Below, piece by piece: positions 7,545 through 15,081 of a stretch of 18,743 bases of DNA; position 1 is the stretch's first letter; each line of letters begins with the position of its first letter. The notes below the pieces were generated by a model that was given only the letters and a program-made list of their open reading frames with translations, was not told where the DNA came from and ran no database searches. Source of the stretch: a virus; UHGV virus genome UHGV-0092215; one strand, 5' to 3'. The position numbers were made by a program, and so were the translations under genes.

Positions 7545-8419
7545 GCGGCCTCTCCCCGCATATTGCGAACAAGTTCAGAAGCTGCAGTAATGATTTCGCT
7601 GGTGGCCGTTCGTTCCAGCCAGAGTTGACTGATGTTGGCTTTCAGCTTGTTCTGCTGAGCCTCACTCAATACGTCAACGCCTTCCACCTGGTTAAACACC
7701 AGACCAACCTCGAGAGGCCAGATACGTGACTCAGTTTCCGATGGTATGACTGGCTCCTGGGTTGCCCGCATTGCAATTGTCGGCTCTTTGCCAACAGCGA
7801 ATTGAGCCAGCGCCATAAATGCCCGACCTTTTGCCTCCAGTTCTGTGCGGTTGATATAGCTGAACCGCTCACCACGCCACGACTTATCGAATACAGCTAT
7901 GGCACCGGCAAAAAACGCACTGGTGGGCTTCTGTTTTTCGTCAGCAGGTACAAACCACACAGGCAGATCGAAGCCAATACGACCGCGAATAAACATGATG
8001 TGATCGGCGTCTTCCGGCCACCATGTTTCACTTGTCGCCGCTTTAATGAGGAACACGTAACGCCCACCCTTTTCACGCATCTCCATTGTGTGATCCATGA
8101 TGTGGGTCATGCCGGTGATCACCTGCTTCTCGTGGTACTGCGAACGGCTATACGGTGGGTTGCCATAGCCAGCGCCACCCAGTTCAGCCAGACGTTCAGA
8201 CCAGTCCTGCGTCAGCGCGTTATCTTCGGCGGTGTACCATGCCGGGAATTTCGCGTTGTCGTCGTCAGCAAACAAATCCAGAACTAATGGACCAAATAGC
8301 GCGTTGATCCCCCAAAAAAGCAGATCCGGTGTCCGCCACTGATCGCCAACTTCTTTCAATTCATGGGCTGGTTTGCTACGCAGTGCCGCCAGCGCCTGGC
8401 AATATTTATTGGTCATCAT
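7541..8419 (-). CDS. phage Dam-like DNA N6-adenine methyltransferase with about 110 aa C-terminal extension
   Basis: 292 aa; DLFADDDNAKFPAWYT followed by GNPPYS (motif I then NPPY), typical of the phage Dam family; start overlaps the upstream stop (ATGA). Confidence 0.8.
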   Translation of the reverse strand: MMTNKYCQALAALRSKPAHELKEVGDQWRTPDLLFWGINALFGPLVLDLFADDDNAKFPAWYTAEDNALTQDWSERLAELGGAGYGNPPYSRSQYHEKQVITGMTHIMDHTMEMREKGGRYVFLIKAATSETWWPEDADHIMFIRGRIGFDLPVWFVPADEKQKPTSAFFAGAIAVFDKSWRGERFSYINRTELEAKGRAFMALAQFAVGKEPTIAMRATQEPVIPSETESRIWPLEVGLVFNQVEGVDVLSEAQQNKLKANISQLWLERTATSEIITAASELVRNMRGEAA

Positions 8420-9297
8420 GAACGGAACCCCGAATTTTCTGGCAGTGAGTAATCAACACTCTGGAAGTTTGCGCGGCTGGCTGAGTTAGTCTCCCATTTG
8501 CCGTTAACGCGTTCAGGCCGGCCAGCACTGGACCATTTGGTCGCGCTTTGCAGGTAACCAGGGAAGTTTTTTGGAATGAACAGAGTTGCCGGGCGGAGGT
8601 ATTGCGCCTGCTCGCTATCACGCCAATCGGCATTTTTGTAATCCACTACCAGGCACAGGTCATCAACCGTGAATTGTTCCCGAAGACGGGCGCGAATATT
8701 CTCCAGCGACGTGCTGCACACCTGGTAGCGTGAGCCAGTAGTCTGGTTCAGGTAAGACAAAACCTGTCTGGCCTGATCAGTAATCACAACCTCAGGGTCT
8801 GGTTGCGCCGCAACCGGACAAGAGGGTTTTGAAGTTACTTGTGGATCTTGTTTTGATTTTACTGACGGATCCCCGCCAGATTCTGACGGGTCAAAACCGC
8901 CGTTTTTGACGGATTTCGACGGGTCAGTTTTTGAGGCGTCAAATTTTGATGCGTCAGATTTTGATGCGTCAGATTTTGATGTGTCAGAATCTGACAGTTG
9001 AGAAAATGCGGCAGCCTGAAGTTTCGCCACATTCAGGCGGTACACGTTCGAAGCATTACGGTTACCATTACGGCGCTGTGTGCGCGTGAGCCAGCCATCT
9101 TTTTCAAGCTTTGCGATTGCCGTTCTGATAGTGCTCGGCCCTGCGCCAAGCTGGCGAGCGATAGTTTCAATTGACGGCCAGCACACACCTTCATCGCTGC
9201 TGAAGTCAGCAAGACGAGCCATGATCGCAACACTGGACAACTTCATGCCCGACGATGCGCAACCATCCCATACGTAGCCGGTTAATTTAGTGCTCAT
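8416..9297 (-). CDS. putative replication initiation protein (lambda O-like; N-terminal HTH, conserved phage C-terminal domain)
   Basis: 293 aa; N-terminal helix-turn-helix-like segment (WPSIETIARQLGAGPSTIRTAIAKLEKDGWL); central low-complexity linker encoded by tandem DNA repeats; position downstream of cro and the CII-like gene. Confidence 0.65.
   Translation of the reverse strand: MSTKLTGYVWDGCASSGMKLSSVAIMARLADFSSDEGVCWPSIETIARQLGAGPSTIRTAIAKLEKDGWLTRTQRRNGNRNASNVYRLNVAKLQAAAFSQLSDSDTSKSDASKSDASKFDASKTDPSKSVKNGGFDPSESGGDPSVKSKQDPQVTSKPSCPVAAQPDPEVVITDQARQVLSYLNQTTGSRYQVCSTSLENIRARLREQFTVDDLCLVVDYKNADWRDSEQAQYLRPATLFIPKNFPGYLQSATKWSSAGRPERVNGKWETNSASRANFQSVDYSLPENSGFRS
8851..8997. repeat. 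iteron-like tandem repeats (about 15 bp unit TTTTGATGCGTCAGA) inside the replication initiator gene; putative origin
   Basis: Three adjacent near-identical 15-mers at 8944-8988 plus several degenerate TGACGG/CGTCA-containing copies upstream; encode the SDASK-type linker. Confidence 0.55.
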
Positions 9298-9306
9298 GAT
9301 CGTCCG

Positions 9307-9633
9307 TTATCTCCCTGAACTTTTGTCTGAAATGCTCAAGTGGGCTGAAGCATTCGTGTGGATAGCCATCTCGCAGGTAGATAACGCGCTGCGTTTCTGG
9401 CTCCCAGCGGATAACACGGACTGGCACTCCGCGGTGATCTTTGAACCTTCGGTTAAGTTCGCGCACAGGCGTTTTGCCCTCCGATAGTAGACCCCCACAA
9501 TTACGGCAGCCTGGCTGTGGTTACATGACACCCAGCGATTTGATACTTTGCATTCATACCGAAACAGCGGAAGACCCGGCACCGGGATCATTCGTAGTTG
9601 CGGTAAGTGAGGATTTACGATTAAATTGCTCAT
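9307..9633 (-). CDS. questionable hypothetical protein (108 aa) between CII-like gene and replication gene
   Basis: In-frame ATG at 9631-9633 just after the CII-like stop; GGAG lies 11 nt upstream (poor spacing); odd composition; may be non-coding. Confidence 0.25.
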   Translation of the reverse strand: MSNLIVNPHLPQLRMIPVPGLPLFRYECKVSNRWVSCNHSQAAVIVGVYYRRAKRLCANLTEGSKITAECQSVLSAGSQKRSALSTCEMAIHTNASAHLSISDKSSGR

Positions 9634-9638
9634 GCGGA

Positions 9639-10190
9639 TTATTTCTCCATACTCGAAGAGTTGTTCGCCAAGGCGCCCGGAGCTGCACACTCGCGGGCGT
9701 CACTCTTTTCTGGAAGGCAATAGACTCGTGAAATCAGGTTCAGAAACGTCATAAGCGTTACCCGGAACTGGTAGGCGATTTCGTTCAGACTGTCCCACTC
9801 CCCTTTATCAACCACACCATCATCGATGTATCGACGATATGCGTTAACCAGGTCACCAAGCCTGCCCACCAGCTCAGCCAGCTTTAAACCAATCTCTTCG
9901 TTCTCTGTTTCTGGTGCCGCGCCCGGGATATGGATCCCGTTATCGGTTTGACGAGAAAACGCATCAGCTATGTAGCTAACACCAGCAGCTTTCTGTAGCA
10001 CCATCGCCCACCCCATAGGGAAGATCTGATCCCCATCCACACGAAGGCGGTTAAACAGCGCATTCTCTGTTACCCCCAACCATTCCGCCGCCTCGGCATA
10101 GCCTCCAGGCAGGTCGGTAATCGTCTTTTTAATCGCTACCACCAGCCAGGAAGGCTGACGTTCGACTTTCCAAATAGGTTCGTTACCCAC
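9639..10190 (-). CDS. CII-like phage regulatory protein (183 aa)
   Basis: GTG start at 10188-10190 with GGAG RBS 6 nt upstream, 10 nt after the cro-like stop; HTH-like segment AEWLGVTENALFNRL; family assigned mainly from position. Confidence 0.5.
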   Translation of the reverse strand: MGNEPIWKVERQPSWLVVAIKKTITDLPGGYAEAAEWLGVTENALFNRLRVDGDQIFPMGWAMVLQKAAGVSYIADAFSRQTDNGIHIPGAAPETENEEIGLKLAELVGRLGDLVNAYRRYIDDGVVDKGEWDSLNEIAYQFRVTLMTFLNLISRVYCLPEKSDARECAAPGALANNSSSMEK

Positions 10191-10200
10191 GGCTTACTCC

Positions 10201-10446
10201 TTAGTTCTGTGGTTTTGTATCTGTATTCGCACCTGTACAGTTCGAATATCGATGCGGGTAAAGAATTTCTAGCTCATTGATTTTTCCTGAAAAGAAGCTG
10301 ACTAGTCGCTCAGCTATATCCAGGGAAGCAATTTGCTGTCCTCGCTCTATCCGACTTAGATTTCCCGGGTCGATATCGACACCTTTTGCGACATATGAAA
10401 GAGTCATACCTTGCGATTTACGCAAGATTCGTAACGGTGATTGCAT
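10201..10446 (-). CDS. cro: Cro-like HTH repressor (XRE family, 81 aa)
   Basis: HTH motif MTLSYVAKGVDIDPGNLSRIERGQQ; AAGGAGG RBS 4 nt upstream of the ATG; divergent from the CI-like gene across an operator region. Confidence 0.8.
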   Translation of the reverse strand: MQSPLRILRKSQGMTLSYVAKGVDIDPGNLSRIERGQQIASLDIAERLVSFFSGKINELEILYPHRYSNCTGANTDTKPQN

Positions 10447-10543
10447 ATACCCTCCTTTAATTGCGTAATACGCATATTAATTGGAACATACGACTTGCGC
10501 AAGTTGCTTTGCACATCACGCAAAAACAACATGTAATAGGCGC
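10447..10543. promoter_or_regulatory. divergent immunity control region (OR-like operators with PR and PRM-like promoters)
   Basis: Palindromes TTGCGTAATACGCAT (10461-10475), ACTTGCGCAAGT (10493-10504) and TTGCACATCACGCAA (10509-10523); plus-strand TTGCAC-17-TGTAAT places a start at about the cI ATG; minus-strand TTGCGC-17-TAATAT serves cro. Confidence 0.6.
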
Positions 10544-11236
10544 ATGAATATTGGAAACCGCATAAGAGAACTTCGCACTGCGAAGGGCCTGAAAATCGCT
10601 GATCTTGCAGAGGCTGTCGGTGTCGACGGCGCAAATATCTCTCGCCTTGAAACCGGCAAGCAGAAGTCATTTACTGAACAATCACTTAGTAAATATGCTG
10701 AAGCTTTAGGCGTTAGTGTCGCTGAGCTATTTACTCCTAGTGGAAATGCAACTACTGTATATAAAAACAGTGTAACAGCCCCACATATTGGAGATGACTC
10801 GGTGTTTAGAGTGGAAATTCTTGATGTTAGCGCTAGCGCTGGCGGAGGCTTTATTCAAGGTAGCGACGTTATAGATGTCATCAGATCCATCGAATACAAC
10901 AACGAGCGTGCTTTATCCATGTTCGGTGGTCGGGCAGCTGAGCAAGTGAAGGTAATCAACGTTCGTGGCGATAGCATGGCAGAGACTATTGAGCCTGGCG
11001 ACCTGATTTTCGTTGATATTTCAATACATGAATTCGACGGCGATGGTATATATGTATTTGGTTTTGATGACAAAATATATGTTAAGCGTTTGCAGATGAT
11101 ACCAGACCAATTGCTAGTAATATCAGATAACCCAAAATATCGAGAGTGGTCTGTCGATAAATCGAATGAGCATCGTTTTTATGTCTACGGGAAAGTAATG
11201 ATAAGCCAATCTCAGTCATTTAAACGCCACGCCTAG
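10544..11236 (+). CDS. cI: CI-like prophage repressor (N-terminal HTH, C-terminal S24 LexA-like peptidase domain)
   Basis: 230 aa from ATG 10544; HTH LKIADLAEAVGVDGANISRLETGKQ; C-terminal GDSMAETIEPGDLIFVD...YVKRL typical of S24 self-cleaving repressors. Confidence 0.9.
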   Translation: MNIGNRIRELRTAKGLKIADLAEAVGVDGANISRLETGKQKSFTEQSLSKYAEALGVSVAELFTPSGNATTVYKNSVTAPHIGDDSVFRVEILDVSASAGGGFIQGSDVIDVIRSIEYNNERALSMFGGRAAEQVKVINVRGDSMAETIEPGDLIFVDISIHEFDGDGIYVFGFDDKIYVKRLQMIPDQLLVISDNPKYREWSVDKSNEHRFYVYGKVMISQSQSFKRHA

Positions 11237-11254
11237 TCTATATATCCTTTCAGA

Positions 11255-11279
11255 AACCGCCAGTCAGGCGGTTTTTTTT
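11255..11279 (+). terminator. intrinsic terminator downstream of cI
   Basis: AACCGCC-AGTCA-GGCGGTT followed by a run of 8 T. Confidence 0.75.
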
Positions 11280-11290
11280 CGCCATGACAA

Positions 11291-11328
11291 TTGCATTTTA
11301 CGCAATTTATTACTTGCGCAATACGCAA
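11291..11328. promoter_or_regulatory. OL-like operator pair with candidate early-left promoter
   Basis: TTGCATTTTACGCAA (11291-11305) and TTGCGCAATACGCAA (11314-11328) share the TTGCR-N5-CGCAA pattern of the sites between cro and cI; TTGCGC-17-TATCGT is a weak promoter candidate. Confidence 0.45.
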
Positions 11329-11452
11329 TTTAGATTTATCGTTATTCACATCAACAGCGAACAGGCAGGACGCCCACGAAGTAGCCGCCGGTGGCGTATG
11401 AATGACCGGATGATTCGCTGACAGAAAACTAAGGTTAGGGGCAGAGGTTTAC

Positions 11453-11818
11453 ATGAATCATTTATTCACATGCTCATTTTGTGGAGCAACCGAACTGGTA
11501 GCGATGAAGATCGTCGCAAAAGGTGGTAAGGACGAACCTGCTATCTGTTCGGAATGCGTAGTCACATGTGTAGAAAAAATGATCCTGACTAAAAAATCAG
11601 AGGCTGAAAAACCAACCCCTGATAACGAAATAATATCAGTCGATAAAAAACTATTTAAAGAGCTTCTTCAGCTTGTCCTCAACCTTCCTGATTTCGGAAG
11701 TAAGCTGGCTGCTGTTGACATTGATAGTGGCTCCACATCGACAAGTGAAACTTTTGTTCGACTTGAGCCAAGCGATTTTCTTCTTCGTCTTAGCGCCGCA
11801 CTTAGGGCATGCGGGTAA
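11453..11818 (+). CDS. small protein with ClpX-type N-terminal C4 zinc-binding domain (121 aa), first gene of the early-left operon
   Basis: ATG 11453 with GAGG RBS 5 nt upstream; CSFCGATELVAMKIVAKGGKDEPAICSECVVTCVEKMI resembles the ClpX N-terminal zinc-binding domain (CSFCGK...KLIAG...YICDECVDLC); C-terminal 75 aa unassigned and overlapped by an antisense ORF. Confidence 0.55.
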   Translation: MNHLFTCSFCGATELVAMKIVAKGGKDEPAICSECVVTCVEKMILTKKSEAEKPTPDNEIISVDKKLFKELLQLVLNLPDFGSKLAAVDIDSGSTSTSETFVRLEPSDFLLRLSAALRACG

Positions 11819-11941
11819 CGTAATTTCCTGGTTATCAAAAGCGCCCATAAACATCCCTCTTGGTTGTGTGAGAACACCAAGATACCACCGCGCCTGATGT
11901 GGTTAAAAGCAGGCCAAAGCAATAACAAGTAACTCCCTGTT

Positions 11942-11990
11942 CTGGCGGCCCGGTGTTTTCCCACTTGTCCGGTAACCGCCAGCCTTTTTC
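11942..11990 (+). terminator. terminator-like hairpin with T-run after the ClpX-zinc-finger-like gene
   Basis: CTGGCGG (11942-11948) pairs with CCGCCAG (11976-11982), then CCTTTTTC; the 27 nt loop is long for a canonical terminator. Confidence 0.4.
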
Positions 11991-12285
11991 AGGGCGCAAC
12001 GACGAGAGCATTGACGAGCAAGGCATAACGGCAGGTTCAATCCCTGCCACCGCTATACAGATGGCGGTGATGGGCAACGAAAAGGTCCGTTCAATTCGGA
12101 CACCGGCAGTGCTCTCTTCGTTGTGGTGAATGCGCAGGCTGATGCGCTAAACCGTGAGGGAGTGTCCCGAAAGGGTGCGTCACTGGTAATCAACCCATGC
12201 CGGAATATCGCAGCACCGGCCACCACAACCAAATCACGCTTAGGACCGTGATAACCGTAGTTCCAGTATTGCTGTGTGTAGTCTT

Positions 12286-12356
12286 GGCGGTACCAGGGTC
12301 TTCAACCTTATGCAAGGGGGCCGAAGATAATGTTCTACCTCGGTACCGCCCTTTTT
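12286..12356 (+). terminator. second terminator-like long hairpin with T-run in the ORF-free region
   Basis: GGCGGTACC (12286-12294) pairs with GGTACCGCC (12342-12350), followed by CTTTTTA. Confidence 0.35.
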
Positions 12357-12521
12357 ACGCAACAGAAAAGGGCATCACCGGGCGACGGGCTCATAACCCA
12401 ATCCACCCGGGCAAAAAGAAAGCGGTCTCTGCAAGCCGCCGACCAATGCAGGTGCCCTTCTCTGTTGTGTATGGAGAAACTAACTTTTTAGCGCCGGTGC
12501 AGAGGCGTTGAGGAACCGAGA

Positions 12522-13439
12522 ATGAACAATCCGTTTTTCAAAAATATGTTGGTGTATCGCCTTAGTCGCGATTTCACCATCAACCAGGAAGAGCTGGAAC
12601 AGCAGCTTGAACTATTTCGCTTCACTCCATGCGGTAGCCAGGATATGGCAAAAACCGGTTGGGTATCACCACTTGGTCAGCTGTCAGATCGCTTGCATCA
12701 CACTGTCAATAATCAAGTGTTGTTGGTTATTCGCCGGGAAGAAAAAATACTGCCATCTCCTGTCATTGCTGAAGAACTGCGCAAGCGTGTGTCGCGTCTG
12801 GAATCCGATCAGGGGCGTCGCCTCAAAAAAACTGAGAAAGATTCGCTGCGTGATGAAGTGTTGCACTCCCTGCTTCCTCGGGCGTTCTCCAAAAACTCGA
12901 CTGTTAGTTTGTGGATCAACGTCACCGACGGTCTGATCATGGTTGATGCAGCCAGCGCTAAACGTGCCGAAGACTCACTGGCCCTGCTTCGTAAAACTCT
13001 CGGTTCTCTCCCGGTGGTACCGCTGACTATGGAAACGCCGATCGAACTAACTATGACCGAATGGGTTCGTTCCGGTAGTGCGCCTGCTGGCTTTGGCCTG
13101 GGTGATGAAGCCGAGCTGAAAGCTATTCTTGAAGATGGCGGTATTGGACGCTTTAAAAAACAGACTCTGGTCAGTGACGAAATTCATGTGCATCTGGAAG
13201 CTGGCAAAGTAGTTACAAAGCTGTCTATCGACTGGCAACAGCGCATTCAGTTCGTTCTTTGCGATGACGGCAGCATCAAACGCCTTAAGTTCTCTAATGA
13301 GATTACTGAACAAAACGACGATATCGACCGTGAGGATGCGGCTCAGCGGTTCGACGCTGACTTTGTTCTAATGACCGGCGAGCTTATCTCTCTCATTAAC
13401 GGATTAACGACCTCTCTCGGCGGCGAAGCCAAGCGATAA
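12522..13439 (+). CDS. rdgC: recombination-associated protein RdgC homolog (phage-encoded)
   Basis: 305 aa; long collinear similarity to E. coli RdgC as I recall it ([81 protein letters not shown]); GAGG RBS. Confidence 0.9.
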   Translation: MNNPFFKNMLVYRLSRDFTINQEELEQQLELFRFTPCGSQDMAKTGWVSPLGQLSDRLHHTVNNQVLLVIRREEKILPSPVIAEELRKRVSRLESDQGRRLKKTEKDSLRDEVLHSLLPRAFSKNSTVSLWINVTDGLIMVDAASAKRAEDSLALLRKTLGSLPVVPLTMETPIELTMTEWVRSGSAPAGFGLGDEAELKAILEDGGIGRFKKQTLVSDEIHVHLEAGKVVTKLSIDWQQRIQFVLCDDGSIKRLKFSNEITEQNDDIDREDAAQRFDADFVLMTGELISLINGLTTSLGGEAKR

Positions 13440-13546
13440 ACACCAGGCAACAATTACCCTATAAGCATGGGTTGGGTTGCTGCACGCTAAATTCAGCAAT
13501 TCATTAATTTAATGGCGCGGTGCAGCGCGCCAATATTGAGAAAACC

Positions 13547-14086
13547 ATGAGTTACATTCAGACATTATCCGGCAAACACTTTAATTACCTCGATATCCAA
13601 CAGGACGATATCGTGATCGAAGATATCGCTACCGCGTTGTCTCATATCTGCCGCTTTGCAGGGCATCTTCCTGAGTTTTACAGCGTCGGCCAACATAGCG
13701 TTTTAACCAGCCACCTCGTTCCGCAGGAGTTTGCATTAGAAGCCCTGCTTCATGATGCCGCCGAAGCCTACCTACAGGACATCCCCTCACCGCTTAAGCG
13801 CCTGTTGCCTGATTACCAGGTGATCGAAGCTCGTGTAGACGCAGCTATTCGCCAGAAATTTGGCCTACCGATGGGGCAACACCCAACCGTGAAATATGCC
13901 GATCTGGTGATGCTTGCCAGCGAACGCCGCGATTTTGAGATTGACGAAGGTTCCGTGTGGCCTTGCCTCGAAGGAGTTGTCCCAACGGATCTATTCATCA
14001 TCAACCCAGTTCGTCCAGGCCAGTCATATGGCATGTTCATTAATCGCTTCAACGAATTGATGGAGCAGCGCCAATGCGCCGCATGA
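13547..14086 (+). CDS. HD-domain phosphohydrolase (YfbR-like 5'-nucleotidase family)
   Basis: H..H/HD signature (SHICRFAGHL ... LLHDAAEAY); ATG 13547 preferred over the ORF-track GTG at 13520. Confidence 0.75.
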   Translation: MSYIQTLSGKHFNYLDIQQDDIVIEDIATALSHICRFAGHLPEFYSVGQHSVLTSHLVPQEFALEALLHDAAEAYLQDIPSPLKRLLPDYQVIEARVDAAIRQKFGLPMGQHPTVKYADLVMLASERRDFEIDEGSVWPCLEGVVPTDLFIINPVRPGQSYGMFINRFNELMEQRQCAA

Positions 14087-14250
14087 AGGTAAAAGAACTC
14101 GTAGCGGAGGCTTTTGCCTCCGTTGCTGAATTGCCACCAAAGCATGCACCGCTTATGCGCGAAGTCGCCACCAGACTGGAAGCTACGTTCGCAGCATTAA
14201 AAGAGTCTCTGGTGCAACTGGAACAGGAACGTAAAGGTAAAACGCCATGA
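14083..14250 (+). CDS. small hypothetical protein (55 aa, MKVKELVAEAFASVAEL...)
   Basis: Below the ORF-track cutoff, translated by hand; start overlaps the HD stop (ATGA) and stop overlaps the next start (ATGA). Confidence 0.4.
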   Translation: MKVKELVAEAFASVAELPPKHAPLMREVATRLEATFAALKESLVQLEQERKGKTP

Positions 14251-14501
14251 CCGTATTTGAATATCTCCAGGCTCATCCAAATACCACCAGCGGTGAAATC
14301 GCCAAAGGCATGAACAAAACGACGCCAGCGGTCGCCGGAGCATTATCGCAACTCTATGGCACAGGCCGGATCGTGAAGTCTGGTGTTCGCAAGGGCATTC
14401 CAACATACCGTGTTAACGATATGCCGTTTGGGTGCAGTAACAGCCTAACCATGATGTTTAACCAGCTATTGAATAGCGCCAGACAGGGAGCAGCCCAATG
14501 A
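14247..14501 (+). CDS. small winged-helix-like hypothetical protein (84 aa)
   Basis: ATG 14247; TSGEIAKGMNKTTPAVAGALSQLYGTGRIV resembles small wHTH proteins; stop overlaps the next start. Confidence 0.55.
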   Translation: MTVFEYLQAHPNTTSGEIAKGMNKTTPAVAGALSQLYGTGRIVKSGVRKGIPTYRVNDMPFGCSNSLTMMFNQLLNSARQGAAQ

Positions 14502-15079
14502 CAGCACTCAACAAACAGGCGCTGCGTGAAGCGGCGGAGAAGGCAACTCAAGGTCAGTGGGTCGTTGAGTTCGACGATGAGGTTTACTCCACTAATGGCG
14601 TGAATAATGAGCAAATAGCCATGGTATTCAGTGAAAATGAAACGCGCGATGCAGCATTCATCGCCGCCGCTAACCCCGCCACCGTGCTGGCGCTGCTGGA
14701 TGAGCTGGAAGCCGCAGAGAGGCGCATAGCAGAACAAATCGCGATTGTTACTGCTGCTGAGAAACTGGTTCGCTGCAAAGGGCGCTATCACGGCGAGCTT
14801 AATTATCGCGCGCTGGCGAAATTGTTTGGCGTCACTGCGCCGGATTTACCACCACTTGAACATGAAAACGTTCACTACGCTGACGCCGCCGAGATGGAAA
14901 TAGCAGCATTACGCCAGCGGATTGTTGAACTGGAAGCACGAAAGGTATGCGTTCCAAGGATATCTAACGATGAATTCTGGTTGAGTTTTAATAATCGTAT
15001 TGTATTTCGTGAAGAAACGTATCGTAGCGCGGTAATTAAGTCGATAGAAGACGCTGGCATTGGCGTGAAGGGGGAGTGA
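14498..15079 (+). CDS. Ead/Ea22-like protein
   Basis: N-terminus MTALNKQALREAAEKATQGQW matches the conserved Ead/Ea22-like N-terminal motif as I recall it; GGGAG RBS. Confidence 0.7.
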   Translation: MTALNKQALREAAEKATQGQWVVEFDDEVYSTNGVNNEQIAMVFSENETRDAAFIAAANPATVLALLDELEAAERRIAEQIAIVTAAEKLVRCKGRYHGELNYRALAKLFGVTAPDLPPLEHENVHYADAAEMEIAALRQRIVELEARKVCVPRISNDEFWLSFNNRIVFREETYRSAVIKSIEDAGIGVKGE

Positions 15080-15081
15080 GT

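Noticed and set aside
7802-8287. Plus-strand 161 aa ORF
   Set aside because: Antisense inside the Dam-like MTase gene, whose motifs are unambiguous.
9033-9277. ORFs 9033..9233 (minus) and 9080..9277 (plus)
   Set aside because: Alternative frame or antisense within the replication initiator gene.
9290-9731. Plus-strand ORFs 9290..9487 and 9441..9731
   Set aside because: Antisense to the replication-gene start and to the CII-like gene; GTG start without RBS.
12031-12055. tRNA gene suggested by GCAGGTTCAATCCCTGC followed by CACCGCTA
   Set aside because: No complementary 5' acceptor stem or D/anticodon arms at the required spacing upstream and no CCA; kept only as a T-arm-like motif within the structured-region finding.
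11835-12077. Minus-strand 80 aa ORF
   Set aside because: Spans the terminator-like hairpin and T-arm-like motif; implausible composition; no RBS.
12197-12511. Plus-strand 104 aa ORF in the ORF-free region
   Set aside because: No RBS; Pro/Arg/Gly-rich low-complexity translation; region better explained as non-coding.
13813-14406. Minus-strand ORFs 13813..14145, 14049..14276 and 14197..14406
   Set aside because: Antisense to the HD hydrolase and the coupled small genes, which have consistent start/stop overlaps on the plus strand.
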